From Heterodontus francisci (Eukaryota), in contig NC_090387.1 in NCBI RefSeq assembly GCF_036365525.1, positions 77,003,300-77,067,299 of the forward strand: a DNA stretch of 64,000 nt. Reading direction: 5' to 3'. The position numbers and the translations under genes are program-made. The notes below the pieces were generated by a model. The model saw nothing but the letters and a program-made list of their open reading frames with translations, was not told the DNA's origin and did no database searches. Position 1 is the first letter of the stretch; each line of letters starts with the position of its first letter. Below, one piece after another: positions 61,879 to 64,000 of the stretch.

Positions 61879-63342
61879 ATGCAGCCAAGGATATTGGGGG
61901 AATTGAGAGTGGAAATTGCGGAGGCACTGGCCATAGTTTTCCAGTCATCCTCAGACTCCGTTGTCGTGCTAGAGGATTGGAGAATTGCAAATGTTTCCTC
62001 CGTGTTGATAAAACGGTGTAAAGGTAAGTCGAGCAAAGACCGGACAGTCATTTTAACTTCGGTGGTCAGGAAACTTCTAGCAACGATAATTCGAGACGAA
62101 ATTCATAGTCACATGGACAAATGTGGGCTAATTAAGGAAGGCAAGTATTGATTTGGGGAAGGGAAAATCGCATTTAATTAACTTGCTGGAGTTTTTTGAA
62201 GGGGTAACCGAAAGGGCTGATGAGAACAATGCTGTTGATGTGGTGTACATGGACTTTCAAAAGGCATTTAATACAGTGCCACTCAACAGACCTGTGAGCA
62301 AAGTTATAGTTCATAGAATAAATGGGACTGCAGCAACTTGGATACGAAATTGGCTAAGTGGCAGGAAACAAGGAGTAGTGGCTAATGGATGCTTTTTCAG
62401 GCTGGAGGAAGGTTTGTAGTGGAGTTCCTGAGGAGTCAGTGTTGGGATCCTTGCTCCTCCTGATATATACCAATGAGTTAGACCTTGATGTACAGGACAC
62501 AATTACAAAATTTGCAGATGATACAAAACTTTGAAGCATTACGAACTGTGAGGATGGTAGTATAGAACTTGAAAAGGGCAAAAACAAATTGGTGGAATGA
62601 GTGGACAGCTGGCAGATGAAGTTCAATGTGGAGAAATGTGAAGTGATTCATTTTGGTACGAAGAACAGGGAGATAAAATATAAAATAAAGGGTCCAACTC
62701 TAAAGGGGGTGCAGAAACAGAGGGACCTGGGCACAGAGTACAAGAGCAAGGTGGTTATGTTGAACTTGTTCAAGACGCTGGTTTGACCTCAGCTGGAATA
62801 TCGTGTCCACCTCTGGGCACTGCACTTTAGGAAAGATGTGAAGGCATTGGAGAAAGTACAGAAAAGATTCACGAGAATGGTGTCCGGGAAGAGGAACTTA
62901 ACTTATGAAAATAGATTGCAGAGATTGGGACTGTTTTTCTTGGTGAAGAGGAGGCTGAAAGAAGATTTGATCAAGGTTTTCAAAATCATGAGGACTCTGA
63001 ACAGAGTAGATAGGGAGAAACTGTTCCCACTCATGAAAGTATCAAGAGTAAGAAGGCACAGGTTTAAGGTAATGGGCAAAAGAAGCCATGGCGACTAGAG
63101 GAAAAGCTTTTTCATGCAGCAGAGTGGTTAGGACCTGAAGTGCACTGCCAGAGAGGACAGTGGAGGTAGGCTCAATCGAGGTATTCAAAAGGGAATTTGA
63201 TAGTTACCTGAAAAGGTAGAATATACAGGGTTATGGCAGGGAGTGGCATTAAGTGACTAGCTCACTCGGAGAGCCGGTGCAGACACGATGGACCGAATGG
63301 CCTCATTCTGTGCTGTAACAATTCTGTGATTCTTTGATTCTG

Positions 63343-63990
63343 TGACTGCACCTCAAAAATAACTAATCGTTTGTGATGTGCTTTGGGATCTCCCGAGCAG
63401 ATTATTATTGCACCATATCAATGCAAATTCTTTATTTTTCTTCACAGTAGTGAGCCTTTAACGTTGCAAAATCTCTTCAGTTATCTGCATTTGCACATTC
63501 CTTACCTACATTATTTCAAGCTGAGAATTTCCAATAATAAGACTGAACATTAAATATTTCAGTTCATGTTAAATGTGTTTTCATTCGTTCATGGGATGTG
63601 GGCGTCGCTGGTTAGGCTAGCATTTATTGCCCATCCCTAATGTCAAATGTAACTTGCGAATATGAGGCCTGAACTAAACAGAAAGTGCTCGGTGCTGATT
63701 TAAGCAGAACGCTACCAGGGAATGCACTTACAATATCGTAACTAATACCGTCTAGTCGTCGAACCCGCTGTCTCGCACACTGAAATTGGTAAACAGAAAT
63801 ACTGAATTAGCGTGCGAGAATTTATCGTGTAAAAGTACGGTGTAATTTAAATGCAATAACTGCAATTAACATCAGGAAAAATAGCCAAAGCCTCCCATTG
63901 TCCACCCAATTCTTTTACTTCCTCAAAGTGGTCTTTCCTGGTGGAAAAATGTTACACGATTTTTAGACGCTGACATGTCTACTGGGTCGC
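63343..63990 (+). repeat. Segmental duplication copy B, part 3 (with a short SINE/LINE tail insert at ~63578-63640)
   Basis: Homologous to ~5400-5960. Confidence 0.78.
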
Positions 63991-64000
63991 GTACGTACAT

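Larger units (their letters stand above)
57715..63342 (+). mobile_element. CR1 LINE, full-length, decayed, with nested insertions
   Basis: 5' tandem repeat (aaaaccttggagattcggagaga x2), ORF1/ORF2 relics, tail. 7-bp TSD TGACTGC (57708-57714, 63343-63349). Confidence 0.88.

Overview
Eukaryotic genomic DNA from a cartilaginous fish (shark). The assignment rests on HE1-type V-SINEs, HER1/CR1 LINEs and shark-type Penelope, RTE and Gmr1 elements, recognised by eye. Most of the window is transposon-derived, and nearly all ORFs in the track are TE fragments. There is one convincing host gene, on the minus strand at about 10.2-14.3 kb, with a candidate leader exon at 23.9 kb. It is a non-rearranging immunoglobulin-superfamily receptor: a compact germline-joined VJ-type V domain, one C1-set domain, an uncharged TM helix, and a tail with ITIM and ITSM-like motifs (LAYVTL, TEYAQL, THYSDI). 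This architecture is SIRP/NKp30/antigen-receptor-like. Flanking DNA shows signs of a multigene cluster. A diverged ~1.4 kb block at 4.5-6 kb recurs at 52-64 kb, split there by two full-length CR1s. An inverted copy of the receptor's 3'UTR/polyA region lies at 8-9.4 kb, and an orphan leader-like exon at 868-916. Notable TE structures are a Gmr1-type Gypsy (integrase before RT) with a related solo LTR, a CR1 with a twin-priming-like 5' inversion, a Penelope element whose pseudo-LTR carries a minimal hammerhead ribozyme, a young Tx1 LINE with TSD, a Harbinger Myb/SANT relic and a retrovirus-like integrase fragment. TE boundaries without a TSD are approximate.
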